64,000 bases of DNA, taken from NCBI GenBank assembly GCA_964616135.1, contig CAZTTQ010000001.1, forward strand, positions 43,875-107,874, given 5' to 3'. Position 1 is the first letter of the stretch, and each line of letters begins with the position of its first letter. The DNA comes from an uncultured Gammaproteobacteria bacterium (GTDB lineage: Bacteria; Patescibacteriota; Patescibacteriia; UBA9934; GWF2-40-263). The notes under the pieces are model-generated. The model was not told where the DNA came from. It saw nothing but the letters and a program-made list of their open reading frames with translations, and did not search any database. The position numbers were made by a program, and so were the translations under genes. Of the stretch, positions 35,878-45,056 are shown in pieces.

Positions 35878-36237
35878 TCAGAACCTGGAGAGGTCCTTCA
35901 GCTCCACGGCGTCATCCGGGTGCGGACGGCAGAGGACGCAGCGCGGCGCTTCCAGGGCCGTTCCCTGCTCCACGACGGCGTGGAAGGTCTCGGCGCTGCA
36001 CGGAACGCACGAACGCGGTTCGTAGCGCGTCACGACGATCGGGACATGCTCATCGCTCTCGCCGAAGACCGTGACGGTCTTGCAGCGCTCGCAGACGTTC
36101 GCGGGACGGATCGTCCCGTTCACGAAGTTTCCCTTGTGCTGCAGCGTATTCGTGCCGCAGCGTTCGCACCTCCTGTGTCCGACGGTGGTCTGCACCAAGT
36201 TGGTGGGCCTGGACGGGACGGTCGTGGCGGGCGCCAT
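35878..36237 (-). CDS. small protein with four CxxC motifs (two zinc-ribbon-like modules), 119 aa
   Basis: Codons are almost all G/C at position 3 (typical for this genome) whereas the overlapping + frame has mixed third positions; CERCGT...CERCKT and CVPCS...CVLCRP. Confidence 0.55.
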   Translation of the reverse strand: MAPATTVPSRPTNLVQTTVGHRRCERCGTNTLQHKGNFVNGTIRPANVCERCKTVTVFGESDEHVPIVVTRYEPRSCVPCSAETFHAVVEQGTALEAPRCVLCRPHPDDAVELKDLSRF

Positions 36238-36305
36238 GCGGGGCGTGCCCTCTTCGAGGAACGTGGGACCGGAAGTGGTCCGGAACGAGCCTACCAGGTC
36301 TTTCC

Positions 36306-36338
36306 GCCAAACGCAAAACCGCCCCGTGGAGGGCGGTT
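36306..36338 (-). terminator. terminator (aaccgccc cgtgga gggcggtt + TTTTGCGTTTGG on minus strand)
   Basis: 8-bp perfect stem; tail shares GGGCGGTTTTGCGTTTG motif with terminators at 18501 and 19171. Confidence 0.6.
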
Positions 36339-36348
36339 GGCACGGCGC

Positions 36349-36567
36349 TTACGCGAGTTGGTTCAGGAACGGCGTGAAGTAGGCTAAGGCGAGCATGGCG
36401 CTTCCCAACAGCACCAGGGAGAACGCGAGCGAGACCAGGCCCTTCAGCAAGGGATCCTCATTGGAGACGTTCATCAGCACGTAGACCGTAATGGCGAACG
36501 TGGCGGTGATGGGACCGATCACGAAGATCCAACCGACGGCCTTCACGATGAATAACAGGTTGAACAT
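36349..36567 (-). CDS. small membrane protein (2 TM, 72 aa)
   Basis: Hydrophobic ORF 5 nt downstream of the M23 peptidase gene on same strand. Confidence 0.45.
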   Translation of the reverse strand: MFNLLFIVKAVGWIFVIGPITATFAITVYVLMNVSNEDPLLKGLVSLAFSLVLLGSAMLALAYFTPFLNQLA

Positions 36568-36571
36568 AGAC

Positions 36572-37792
36572 TCAGAATGACGGGAGGTATGGCAGCGGAT
36601 TCACCGGAATGCCTTCTTTGCGGACTTCAAAGTGCAGGTGCGGGCCCGTGGACAATCCGGCGCCGGGCGACCCGGCAAGGCCGCCGGAGAGCGCGATCAC
36701 GTCGCCGCGGTTCACGAACTGGTCCGGCTTTACGAGCGGCTTGGACAAGTGGGCGTACAAGGTCGCCAGACCGTCCGCGTGGATGATCATGACGTAGTTG
36801 CCGTATTGCGACCCTTTGCGGACCCAGGCAACGTATCCAGGCGCCGCAGAACGGACCTGCGTTCCTTGGGGCTGCGGGATGTCCAAGCCCATGTGCTCAA
36901 ACAGGTAGCGGAACGGATACGTGGGGTCATGGAACAAGGTGGAAAGACCGCGGTAGCTTGGGTCCACCGGCCACGCCATCGGGCCGCTGGTGTCTTCCCC
37001 GTCCAATTTTGATTCCAGTTGGCGTTGGAGCTTTGCCACTTCGCCGTTGGTCCGCTGCTGTTCTTCTTTTAGGTCCAGCAGGAGCGTGCGGAACTGGTTT
37101 TCAGACGACTTGGTGGCGGCCAGCAAGCCTTCCTTGGCCCCCGTCTCCGTCTGCAGGCGCGTCTTCATGGTTTGGAGCTGGCCTTCCAGTTCTTCCAACC
37201 GCTTGCGCTTGCCGTCTTTGGCCGCGCGCGTGGCAAGCAGTTGGTCCCGGGCAAGTTTTGCCTTGCGCGACGCTTCGGCGAGGTCCGTATTGAGGTTTTC
37301 CAGTGACTGGAGGCGGTCGAAAATCTCTCCGAACGTCTCCGAGCCGAACAGGACCTGCAGGTTCATGTCGTTGTCCAGCGAATTGATGCGCAGCAAAAGC
37401 TGGGACATCAGTTCTCGCTGACGGGCCAGACGCGCGTTGGCGTCCGCCGCCTGGCGGTCCAAGACGGCAATCTCCGCGTTCACGGCGTCCATGTCCACGT
37501 GCGTCGCCTCCAGGTCCAGGTTGGTCTTTTCCACGCGGTTGGACAGGAGGTCCAACGAATCCTTGAGGGACTTCCCTTCCTGCTCTTTCTTTTTGATCTG
37601 CGCGCTGTACGTGTCGATGCGCCGCTGCAAATCCGTGAGCCGCGCCTTGCTGGCGGCGATGTCCTCATTGAGGCTGCGGATGCCGACGTCTTCCAATGGC
37701 AGGGTCCCCGTTTGCGCATACGTAAAACCGACCCCACCGGAAACGAGGAATATCGCACCCAGCAACGTCGGAAGAACGCGCATGTACTTCAT
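36572..37792 (-). CDS. M23-family peptidoglycan metalloendopeptidase with N-terminal coiled coil (EnvC-like)
   Basis: Signal peptide, long coiled-coil, C-terminal M23 motifs (HxxxD...GPHLHFEV). Confidence 0.8.
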   Translation of the reverse strand: MKYMRVLPTLLGAIFLVSGGVGFTYAQTGTLPLEDVGIRSLNEDIAASKARLTDLQRRIDTYSAQIKKKEQEGKSLKDSLDLLSNRVEKTNLDLEATHVDMDAVNAEIAVLDRQAADANARLARQRELMSQLLLRINSLDNDMNLQVLFGSETFGEIFDRLQSLENLNTDLAEASRKAKLARDQLLATRAAKDGKRKRLEELEGQLQTMKTRLQTETGAKEGLLAATKSSENQFRTLLLDLKEEQQRTNGEVAKLQRQLESKLDGEDTSGPMAWPVDPSYRGLSTLFHDPTYPFRYLFEHMGLDIPQPQGTQVRSAAPGYVAWVRKGSQYGNYVMIIHADGLATLYAHLSKPLVKPDQFVNRGDVIALSGGLAGSPGAGLSTGPHLHFEVRKEGIPVNPLPYLPSF

Positions 37793-37816
37793 GCCGGAAT
37801 CCTAACACTTTTGCCT

Positions 37817-39283
37817 CTACTTGGCCAGGTTTTTGAGGGCGAGATCCAGACGGCGCAAGGTTTCGGCCTTGCCGAGGATCCAGGCGAATTCGAACGGGCC
37901 GGGAGACATGGCGCGGCCGGACAGCGCGACGCGGGTCGGCCACAGCACGTTGCCGTTTTTGAGTCCGTTGGCGGCGATGTAGCCGAGCACTTCCGCTTCC
38001 AGCGCCTTCAGGTCCGCGAACGCCGCTTCCGGAAGGCCGTCCAGCAGTTTGGACACGGCCTGCAGGCTGCGGATGGCGTCCTTCGCGTCCGCTTTCTTCC
38101 AAACGAGCAGGGACGGCTCATACGCGGGCAGCGCGGCAAACGTTTCCACGGACGCGTTGATGTCCGACAGCTTCACCAGGCGCGCGCGCTCGACGGCGCA
38201 GAGTTTAAGAAGGAGCGTTTCTTCCACGGGCGCCGCCAGGAACGGACGGCAGAGGTCCGCGAGCTCCTCCGGTGTTTTCTTTTGGAGGTACTGCTGGTTC
38301 ATCCAGTCCAATTTTTCCAAGTTGAAGACGCCTCCGGCGCTGTTCACCTTGGACAGGTCGAAGAGCGAGATCATTTCCTCCCGCGTATAGATTTCCTGGT
38401 CGCCCTTGGGATTATAGCCGATGAGCGAGAGGAAGTTTTCCAACGCCTCGGGCAGGTAGCCCTTCGCCAAATAGTCTTCCACCGCGACGTCGCCCTGACG
38501 CTTGGACAATTTGCTCTTGTCCGCGTTTAGGATGAGCGGCAGGTGGGCGTACACGGGCTTTTCCCAACCGAACGCGTCAAAGAGACGGTAGTGCTTGGGC
38601 AGCGAAGACAACCACTCTTCCCCGCGGATGACGTGGGTCGTGTCCATCAGGTGGTCGTCCACGGCGTGGGCGAGGTGGTACGTCGGGAAGCCGTCCGTCT
38701 TGAGGGCGATGAAGTCCTCTTGGTCGGCGTTCGGGAAGCGGACCGTGCCGCGGATGACGTCCTTGGTTTCCGTGACGCCTTCGTCCGGCATGCGGACGCG
38801 GATGACGTGCGCCTCGCCGGCAGCGGCGCGCTTGGCACTTTCTTCCGCGGACAATTTCACGCAGGCGCGGTCATACTTGAGCGGCTGCTTGGTAGCTTCC
38901 TGGACCTTGCGCACTTCGTCCAGGCGTTCGCGGGTGCAGAAACAGCGGTACGCGTGGCCGTCCGCGACCAACTGGGCCGCGTACTTCTTATACAAGTCCA
39001 AGCGGTTGGATTGGACGTACGGGCCTTTGTCTCCCTTTTCCGCTAGCGTGCCGTCCGCCTTCAGCACGGGGCCTTCGTCATACTCAATGCCAAGTCGGCC
39101 CAAGGTGCGGATGAGCGCCTCTACCGCGCCAGGAACGAGGCGTTCCTGGTCCGTGTCTTCGATGCGGACGAAAAACGTGCCACCGTTTTGGCGGGCGACG
39201 TAGTACGCGTAAAGGGCGGTGCGCAAATTGCCGACGTGCAGGTAGCCGGTCGGCGACGGGGCGATACGGGTGCGAACGCGCAT
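37817..39283 (-). CDS. gltX: glutamyl-tRNA synthetase
   Basis: Start at MRVRTRIAPSPTGYLHVGN (HIGH-type HVGN), KLSKR (KMSKS-type); N-terminal 166 aa of track ORF are non-coding-looking. Confidence 0.9.
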   Translation of the reverse strand: MRVRTRIAPSPTGYLHVGNLRTALYAYYVARQNGGTFFVRIEDTDQERLVPGAVEALIRTLGRLGIEYDEGPVLKADGTLAEKGDKGPYVQSNRLDLYKKYAAQLVADGHAYRCFCTRERLDEVRKVQEATKQPLKYDRACVKLSAEESAKRAAAGEAHVIRVRMPDEGVTETKDVIRGTVRFPNADQEDFIALKTDGFPTYHLAHAVDDHLMDTTHVIRGEEWLSSLPKHYRLFDAFGWEKPVYAHLPLILNADKSKLSKRQGDVAVEDYLAKGYLPEALENFLSLIGYNPKGDQEIYTREEMISLFDLSKVNSAGGVFNLEKLDWMNQQYLQKKTPEELADLCRPFLAAPVEETLLLKLCAVERARLVKLSDINASVETFAALPAYEPSLLVWKKADAKDAIRSLQAVSKLLDGLPEAAFADLKALEAEVLGYIAANGLKNGNVLWPTRVALSGRAMSPGPFEFAWILGKAETLRRLDLALKNLAK

Positions 39284-39293
39284 AAGAAAAGGC

Positions 39294-40100
39294 TTAGCGC
39301 CCGGCAAGGAGAAGGCCGAAGACGCGGCGGCAGGCGGAGAAGAATTTTTTCTGCTTGAGTGTAGCCAAAGCGACGGTGGTTGGGAAGACAACGACGGCGC
39401 GGGCGATCCGGACGAACCGGCGCGGTTCCAGGCCCAGGCGCCACAGCCATTCCCACCCTCGGTCACGCCAAGCCTGCGGCGCGCGCGGGAGAACGCCTCC
39501 CAGCATTTCCAGGGCGCCGCCGACGCCGATGGCGACGCGGACGTCCGGGAATCCGGACAGAACCTCTTCCATGAACAGTTCTTGCTTCCCCTGGCCGAGC
39601 GCCACCGCGACGACCGACGGGCGGCGGAGGCGGAACAGGTCCCGCGTGCTGGGTGACATGGTCCATGTCCCGTTTTCCGCGCGCAAAACCGTGCCGGGGT
39701 CATGGGCCTCAACCCGGAGCGTTGGGTACAGGCCGCGCAGATAGGCGGCGGCCGCTTCCCCGCTGCCCGTTTTGCCGCCAAGAAGCATCAAGGACTTTCC
39801 ATGTGCCGCGCACATGGCCGCCAACTCCTTTAGGACGTCCACGCCCGCGTGGCGATGCTCCAACCGGTCGCCGAACGCGGCGGCGGCGTACTGCAGGCCG
39901 ACGCCGTCCGGAACGGAGAGATCCGCCCGGTTCAACCGGGCGGCAAAGGCCTCATCTTTTTTGGCCTGCAGGAGGATTTCCGGGTTTGGCGTGACGACCG
40001 TATGCAAGCGCGGTTCTTCAAACCACGCCTCTACAAGCCCCCGCAGCTCCGCGAGGGTCAGGTCTTGGACGACGACACCGAACAGGGGGACGGGACGCAC
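39294..40100 (-). CDS. WecB/TagA/CpsF-family glycosyltransferase
   Basis: TPNPEIL and VPDGVGL motifs align with TagA/WecG; start uncertain (candidate GTG at 40100; no clear SD). Confidence 0.65.
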   Translation of the reverse strand: MRPVPLFGVVVQDLTLAELRGLVEAWFEEPRLHTVVTPNPEILLQAKKDEAFAARLNRADLSVPDGVGLQYAAAAFGDRLEHRHAGVDVLKELAAMCAAHGKSLMLLGGKTGSGEAAAAYLRGLYPTLRVEAHDPGTVLRAENGTWTMSPSTRDLFRLRRPSVVAVALGQGKQELFMEEVLSGFPDVRVAIGVGGALEMLGGVLPRAPQAWRDRGWEWLWRLGLEPRRFVRIARAVVVFPTTVALATLKQKKFFSACRRVFGLLLAGR

Positions 40101-40219
40101 ATGGGGGCACGGTAGCGCGAATAGGGAGGAAAAGAAAGGGGGCGCGGGTCTTGCCCGCACCCGCCTTTTCTGGTACCTTCCGGGTCCACGTCCGATCATT
40201 CCATCCGTCCGGAGGCCCC

Positions 40220-40657
40220 GTGGAAGTCTCGTTCCTGTCCGCTCGTGAACTGCAGCAGCGCTATCCATCCGCAACCAAGGCGTTCCGCCCGCCTGGCGGC
40301 CGCCACCCGTACGCGTTTGTCGCGACGAAGACGGAGGCCGTGGTCGGCGACGTCGGGAACCACCTGGCGCTGGCGCTTGCCGCGTGGCCGCCGTTCCCGG
40401 TGGACCTCACGTCCTATCTGCTCCGCGCGGTTTCCTTGGACACCCGTACCCAGGTGGTCGGGCTGGTCCGGCCGCACGTCGTCGTCGGCGGCCTGCTCGA
40501 CGTGCAAGGGATCGTGCGTTCGTGCGAGTGTCCCTCCGTCGGCGTCTTTTTCAGCGAACAGGACACCCCGCACGAAACGGTCCTGTACCTGAACGACCTG
40601 CGCGCGGCACTCTACGATTTCTTCGCGGAGCGGCGGCGCGCCCACCTCTCTCCCTGA
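40220..40657 (+). CDS. hypothetical protein (~145 aa) on opposite strand to flanking genes
   Basis: GTG start 4 nt after GGAGG; possible TTGCCC-N17-TACCTT promoter; ends at strong terminator; overlapping minus ORF 40196..40645 has antisense-like composition. Confidence 0.4.
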   Translation: MEVSFLSARELQQRYPSATKAFRPPGGRHPYAFVATKTEAVVGDVGNHLALALAAWPPFPVDLTSYLLRAVSLDTRTQVVGLVRPHVVVGGLLDVQGIVRSCECPSVGVFFSEQDTPHETVLYLNDLRAALYDFFAERRRAHLSP

Positions 40658-40680
40658 CCCGGCTTCCCGGGTCTTTTTTA
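40658..40680 (+). terminator. intrinsic terminator (cccggcttcccggg + TCTTTTTTA)
   Basis: Hairpin+T-tract immediately after stop 40657. Confidence 0.7.
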
Positions 40681-41679
40681 TACGGTGAACCGTCCGTCTT
40701 GGAATACCACGTCTTCGTCGATGAACACGCGGTCCGTATCCACGAACACGTCGATGTGGTACCGGCCGTCCTTGCGGGACAATCCGGGCTTGGCGTAGAT
40801 GGGGTGCTTCGCCCCGATGGACAGATGGACGCCCGTCATGCGTTCGTACGCGGTGATGTCGTCCACGACGCGGTGGCGGTCCATGGCCGGGTTCAACCCC
40901 AAGCCGAATTCCCGTACGAGCGGTCGTTCATGGCCCGAAACCAGTTCCATGACTTTGGCGAAATCCGCCGGCGCCGCGCTCCAGTCCGTGACAAGCCCGT
41001 CTTTCACTTCCAGGCGGAACGGCTCCACAATGCGGACGATGTGGTCGTCCGGAGCGTAGCCGTACACCAGAACCGCGCCGTTCACGCGGGTGAGATCCGC
41101 CGGCTCCGTGAAGACTTCCCCGATCGGGAATCCTCCGCCGACGTTTTTCAGTCCCTCATAGTTCCCCGTGTTCATTTTGGCGGGCTCCATGGCCCCGTCA
41201 TAGCGCAATTCGGCGCCGTGGCACACCACGCGGGCCGAGGCGCAGCGGTCGAGGCGTTCTTTCAGGCGGCGGCCGACGGCGCCGTCGCGTTCCGGGTGGA
41301 AGCCGAGCGACGCGACGTACGTGGCTTCCTGTGTCGGCGGGATGCGGTTCAGATGGCCGTGTTCGACCACTTTTAGCCCGCGGGCGAACAGTTCCACGCG
41401 GATGCGGAATTCGTTCAGGCGGAAATTGGCCGACTGGACGAGCACGACCAGTTCGCCGGGGACGCAGGCGTTCAGCGCGTCCTTGGTGGCGTCGACGCCC
41501 GCTTGGTCAAAATCCAGCACGCGCGCCCGCGGCAAAACGGCCTTGTACGCGTCGGTCAGTACGCGCGACAACGGGGACTGCAGGTCGAATACCAACAAGG
41601 CCGGCGCGTCGGCCGGGTGCCGGATGGCGTCCCGGACGATGGTGCCGGCGTGCTGCGTCGCAAGGGCGAGGAGGTCCAT
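40678..41679 (-). CDS. aminopeptidase, probably M29 (aminopeptidase T/S) family
   Basis: GFPIGEVFTEP and VHLSIG-type motifs recalled from M29; start at MDLLALATQ (M46). Confidence 0.45.
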   Translation of the reverse strand: MDLLALATQHAGTIVRDAIRHPADAPALLVFDLQSPLSRVLTDAYKAVLPRARVLDFDQAGVDATKDALNACVPGELVVLVQSANFRLNEFRIRVELFARGLKVVEHGHLNRIPPTQEATYVASLGFHPERDGAVGRRLKERLDRCASARVVCHGAELRYDGAMEPAKMNTGNYEGLKNVGGGFPIGEVFTEPADLTRVNGAVLVYGYAPDDHIVRIVEPFRLEVKDGLVTDWSAAPADFAKVMELVSGHERPLVREFGLGLNPAMDRHRVVDDITAYERMTGVHLSIGAKHPIYAKPGLSRKDGRYHIDVFVDTDRVFIDEDVVFQDGRFTV

Positions 41680-41789
41680 ATCGCGGGAAGGATACGGCAA
41701 AACGCCTTCCGCGGGAAGGGTTGACGCGCCGCGTGTTTTCTGGTTGAATGCGACGTCCGGCAGTCGGACACTGTCCCGAGGTGCAGCCC

Positions 41790-42713
41790 ATGGTGAAGAA
41801 AGCTTCCCCCTCACGTCAGGGGAAACGGTCGTCGAGGGGGTCTTCCTCTTCGCTCGGCGTGGATGCCTGGTTCCGTTACCAGGCGGAGATCAGCTCGCAT
41901 CCGATCCTGACGGCAGAGGAAGAACAGGATCTTGCACGGCGGTTTCGGGACGAAGGCGACCTGGACGCCATGCACGCGCTTATCACCTCGAACCTCCGGT
42001 TCGTCGTGAAGGTCACCTACGAGTACCGCAGCTACGGCTTTCGGCTGGCCGACCTCGTGCAGGAAGGCAACATCGGGCTCATGAAGGCCGTCCGGAAGTT
42101 CGACCCGGACCGGAATATCCGGCTCATCACGTACGCTGTCTGGTGGATCCGCGCGTACATCCAGAGCTTCATCCTGAGGAACTGGAGCCAGGTGAGGTTG
42201 GGAACGACCAATGCGCAGCGCACGCTGTTCTTCTCCCTTGCCCGCGTCCAGCGCGAGCTGGAACGGATGGGCGAAGAAGAGACCACGGACGAATCCATCG
42301 CGGAGCTGCTCCGGACCAAGCCGGAAGAGGTGCGCAACATGCGCGCCCGGCTCGAGGCGCGGGACGTGTCGCTCGACACGCCCGTCGGCGAGGAAGGGAC
42401 GGCGACGGCGCTGGACTTCCTCTCGGACGCGGCGCAATTGTCCGCGCACGATCTCCTGGAGGACGCGACGCGCGGACGCCTGGTCCGCGACCAGGTCGCC
42501 CGGGCGTTACGGTGCCTGAACCCGCGTGAGCTCTACGTCGTCAAGCAGCGGGTCATGGCCGATCCCCCCATGCCGCTCCAGGACGTCGGCAAGCATTTCG
42601 GCGTTTCACGCGAACGCGCCCGCCAAATCGAGGTGCGGGCGAAGCAGCGTCTCCGCTCCATCCTCGGCGCGTACCTGGAAATCCCGCTTGAGGACGAAGA
42701 AGAGAAGAAGTGA
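41790..42713 (+). CDS. sigma-70 family sigma factor, RpoH (sigma-32)-like
   Basis: Regions 2-4 present; QRTLFFSL resembles the RpoH box Q(R/K)(K/R)LFFNLR; start MVKKASPS with GAGGTG SD; possible TTGACG-N17-TTGAAT promoter at ~41721-41749. Confidence 0.8.
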   Translation: MVKKASPSRQGKRSSRGSSSSLGVDAWFRYQAEISSHPILTAEEEQDLARRFRDEGDLDAMHALITSNLRFVVKVTYEYRSYGFRLADLVQEGNIGLMKAVRKFDPDRNIRLITYAVWWIRAYIQSFILRNWSQVRLGTTNAQRTLFFSLARVQRELERMGEEETTDESIAELLRTKPEEVRNMRARLEARDVSLDTPVGEEGTATALDFLSDAAQLSAHDLLEDATRGRLVRDQVARALRCLNPRELYVVKQRVMADPPMPLQDVGKHFGVSRERARQIEVRAKQRLRSILGAYLEIPLEDEEEKK

Positions 42714-42722
42714 TCTCCCCTC

Positions 42723-42758
42723 CCCCGCCTCCGCCACTCGGAGACGGGGTCTTTTTTA
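42723..42758 (+). terminator. intrinsic terminator after sigma factor gene
   Basis: ccccgcctccg/cggagacgggg stem + TCTTTTTTA. Confidence 0.6.
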
Positions 42759-42769
42759 TGCGGACAGGT

Positions 42770-43579
42770 TTATGCGGACAGGACGACTTCCACCGGGCAG
42801 TGGTCGCTGCCCATCTGCGAGGCGAGGATGGCGGCGGACCTGATGCGGCTTTTCAGCGCCTTGCTGGCCAGCCAGTAGTCGATGCGCCAGCCGACGTTGC
42901 GCGCGCGGGCGTTCGCCCAGTGCGTCCACCAGGAATAGTGGCCGTTCCCTTTGGTGAACAGGCGGAACGTGTCGAGGAATCCGGCGTCCAGGAACGCCTG
43001 GAATCCGGCGCGTTCCTCCTCCGTGAACCCGTGTTTGCCGACATTCTGCTTGGGGTTTGCCAGGTCGTCTTCCGTATGGGCGACGTTGAAGTCCCCGGAG
43101 ACCAACACGGGCTTGGTCTTTTCCAGCAGCTTCACGTGGGCCAAGAACGCCGGATCCCAGTGTTTTTTCCGCAGGTCCAGGCGCGACAAGTCCTCTTTGC
43201 TGTTGGGCACGTAAGCCGTGACCACCCAGAAGTCCTTGAACTCCGCGCTGATGACGCGGCCTTCGCACGTCGGGTCGCCGTATTCGTCCGCACCGAGTTT
43301 GTATTTTTCCGCAATGCCGTCCGCAAAGCCGTAGAGAACGGAGATCGGCTTTTCCTTGCTGAAGATGGCGGTGCCGCTGTAACCGGCTTTTTCCGCGCTG
43401 TTCCAGTATTCCTCATAGTCCGGCAGGTCCACGTCGGCCTGGCCTTGCTTTGCCTTGGTTTCCTGCAGGCAGAGGACGTCGGGTTCGTACGCTTCAATGA
43501 ACGCGCGAAAATCCCCCTTGTTCAACACGGCGCGGATCCCGTTTACGTTCCAGGAAATGAGGCGGAGGGTTTTGGGCAT
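42770..43579 (-). CDS. xth: exodeoxyribonuclease III (AP endonuclease, Xth family)
   Basis: LISWNVNGIRA, LCLQETK, SDHCPV motifs. Confidence 0.9.
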   Translation of the reverse strand: MPKTLRLISWNVNGIRAVLNKGDFRAFIEAYEPDVLCLQETKAKQGQADVDLPDYEEYWNSAEKAGYSGTAIFSKEKPISVLYGFADGIAEKYKLGADEYGDPTCEGRVISAEFKDFWVVTAYVPNSKEDLSRLDLRKKHWDPAFLAHVKLLEKTKPVLVSGDFNVAHTEDDLANPKQNVGKHGFTEEERAGFQAFLDAGFLDTFRLFTKGNGHYSWWTHWANARARNVGWRIDYWLASKALKSRIRSAAILASQMGSDHCPVEVVLSA

Positions 43580-43662
43580 AACGCGGGCAGTATACCACTT
43601 GCGCGGGCGGCGAAAACGTAGTAGGTTCGGGGACCGGCATTGGTGCCGATAGGAGTCGACGG

Positions 43663-44496
43663 ATGTCCGCAGATGTCGAAAAAGCGCTGGACCGCGCCCT
43701 GAAGTACATTCTCGAAACGTATCGGGAGCACGTTAGGACTTCCATGCCGAACGACACGGTCCTCATGCTCTCCCGGTTCTGCCGGGGCATAACGCAGTCG
43801 TTGGATAGCCCCGAGGGGGAGGAGACCCGCCGATTCATGGTCGCGGCACGTCCCCAGGGGATGTCCGAGGACGAAGCGGACTTCCAGTACGCTCTGGCGT
43901 TCTTCGCAATCCTCCTTGTCCAGTACGACCCCGAGGTCTACCGGCGTCTCCGCAAGGTCTTTCTCACGTCTCATCCGGACGGAACCGGGCGGATCCCGCC
44001 GCGCCCGGCTCCGGCGGATCTGCGCCTGACCGCCCTGCGTCTCCGGGCACAGGTCGCGGATTGCGTTCCGACCATCGAGCCGCTGATCGCACGGGGCGAG
44101 TACGACCGTGCCGAAGGCTTCCTTAAGGAGGCCGAACGGGCAGCGCGTGTCCGTCAGGAGCGCGCCGATCTGGAGGCGGAGGCGTCTGCCCTCGGCGTCC
44201 CCTTCCCGGCCGACGAGGCGTCCGACCGGATCCGCCTCCGCTTGGCGAAAGCCCGCCGCGTCCAGCGTGCGCGGCAGGAAGACGAACGGCGGCAGGCGGA
44301 GGCGATGCGCCTGCGGGATCTGGAGCGGGAACGCCGCCGGCAGGAGCTGGCGCGCCTCTCCGGTCTGTGGGAACGGACGCCCGTGCACAAACGTCCGTCC
44401 GAGGCCGCGCTTGCGCAACTCACCACGCTCGTCGACGCGGCCAAGCCCCGGGACTTCCGCAAGGCATGTCACGTCTTCGAACGGCAACTCTCCTGA
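43663..44496 (+). CDS. hypothetical protein with Arg/Glu-rich C-terminal coiled-coil
   Basis: SD AGGAG before ATG; followed by hairpin+T7 terminator at ~44497-44528. Confidence 0.55.
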   Translation: MSADVEKALDRALKYILETYREHVRTSMPNDTVLMLSRFCRGITQSLDSPEGEETRRFMVAARPQGMSEDEADFQYALAFFAILLVQYDPEVYRRLRKVFLTSHPDGTGRIPPRPAPADLRLTALRLRAQVADCVPTIEPLIARGEYDRAEGFLKEAERAARVRQERADLEAEASALGVPFPADEASDRIRLRLAKARRVQRARQEDERRQAEAMRLRDLERERRRQELARLSGLWERTPVHKRPSEAALAQLTTLVDAAKPRDFRKACHVFERQLS

Positions 44497-44532
44497 ACCG
44501 CCTTGTGCGGTTCTTTTTTTGCGCCGCCCCTG

Positions 44533-44565
44533 ATAAAAAATCCCCCGTTCGAAAGAAGGGGGGAT
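44533..44565. terminator. bidirectional terminator (A6 cccccg ttcgaaagaa cggggg-type hairpin)
   Basis: GC stem flanked by A-run (plus) / T-run (minus), after stop of 44565..44942. Confidence 0.55.
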
Positions 44566-44942
44566 CAAGAATCTTCCCGGGCAAGTGCCCGCGCCGCCTC
44601 GCGTGCCGCGGTCGTCACGCGGCGCTCAACCCGTGCGATCTCGGCGGATGCGTTCGCCAGACGTTCCTTCACGTCCGCCAGCAGCCGGCCCGTCCGCGTC
44701 GTGCTGCCGAAGCCGGCCCCTTCCATCGTTTCCAGCGTCGCCGCGACGAATTCGAGCTCCGCCTTGGGCACGCCGACGGCCGCGCGCGCCACCCGGGCCC
44801 CGTGCGTCTGGACGAGGCCGACGGCCGCGTCCAGGGCGATGATGCTCCGTTCAAGCGCCTGCAACCGTTCGACCAACTTGCTTTGCGCGTAACTGTCGGT
44901 CAGCTTGCCGGCGCGTTTCCGTTCCTGCGCTTCATCCGTCAT
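44565..44942 (-). CDS. hypothetical protein (125 aa)
   Basis: Start MTDEAQ with GGAG 7 nt upstream. Confidence 0.5.
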   Translation of the reverse strand: MTDEAQERKRAGKLTDSYAQSKLVERLQALERSIIALDAAVGLVQTHGARVARAAVGVPKAELEFVAATLETMEGAGFGSTTRTGRLLADVKERLANASAEIARVERRVTTAAREAARALAREDS

Positions 44943-45056
44943 GCGTTTCTCCGGGGGAATGTCCGCGGCATACGCTGGCACGTTTTTCGCGGAACGTCAA
45001 TGGACTTCCCCTAGGTGCTTAAACGAAAATCCACGCGGATGCGTGGATGTCCTGCC

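Noticed and set aside
35856-36074. + strand ORF with very strong AAGGAGGT-N4-ATG start
   Set aside because: Third-codon positions are mixed or AT-rich and the product is Arg-rich garbage. The opposite-strand Cys-rich ORF has uniform G/C third positions. The SD-like sequence is kept only as a possible feature of an antisense RNA.
39284-39781. N-terminal 166-aa extension of gltX track ORF
   Set aside because: The extension is Ser/Ala/Arg-rich and non-conserved, while the canonical GluRS N-terminus MRVRTRIAPSPTGYLHVGN begins at 39283.
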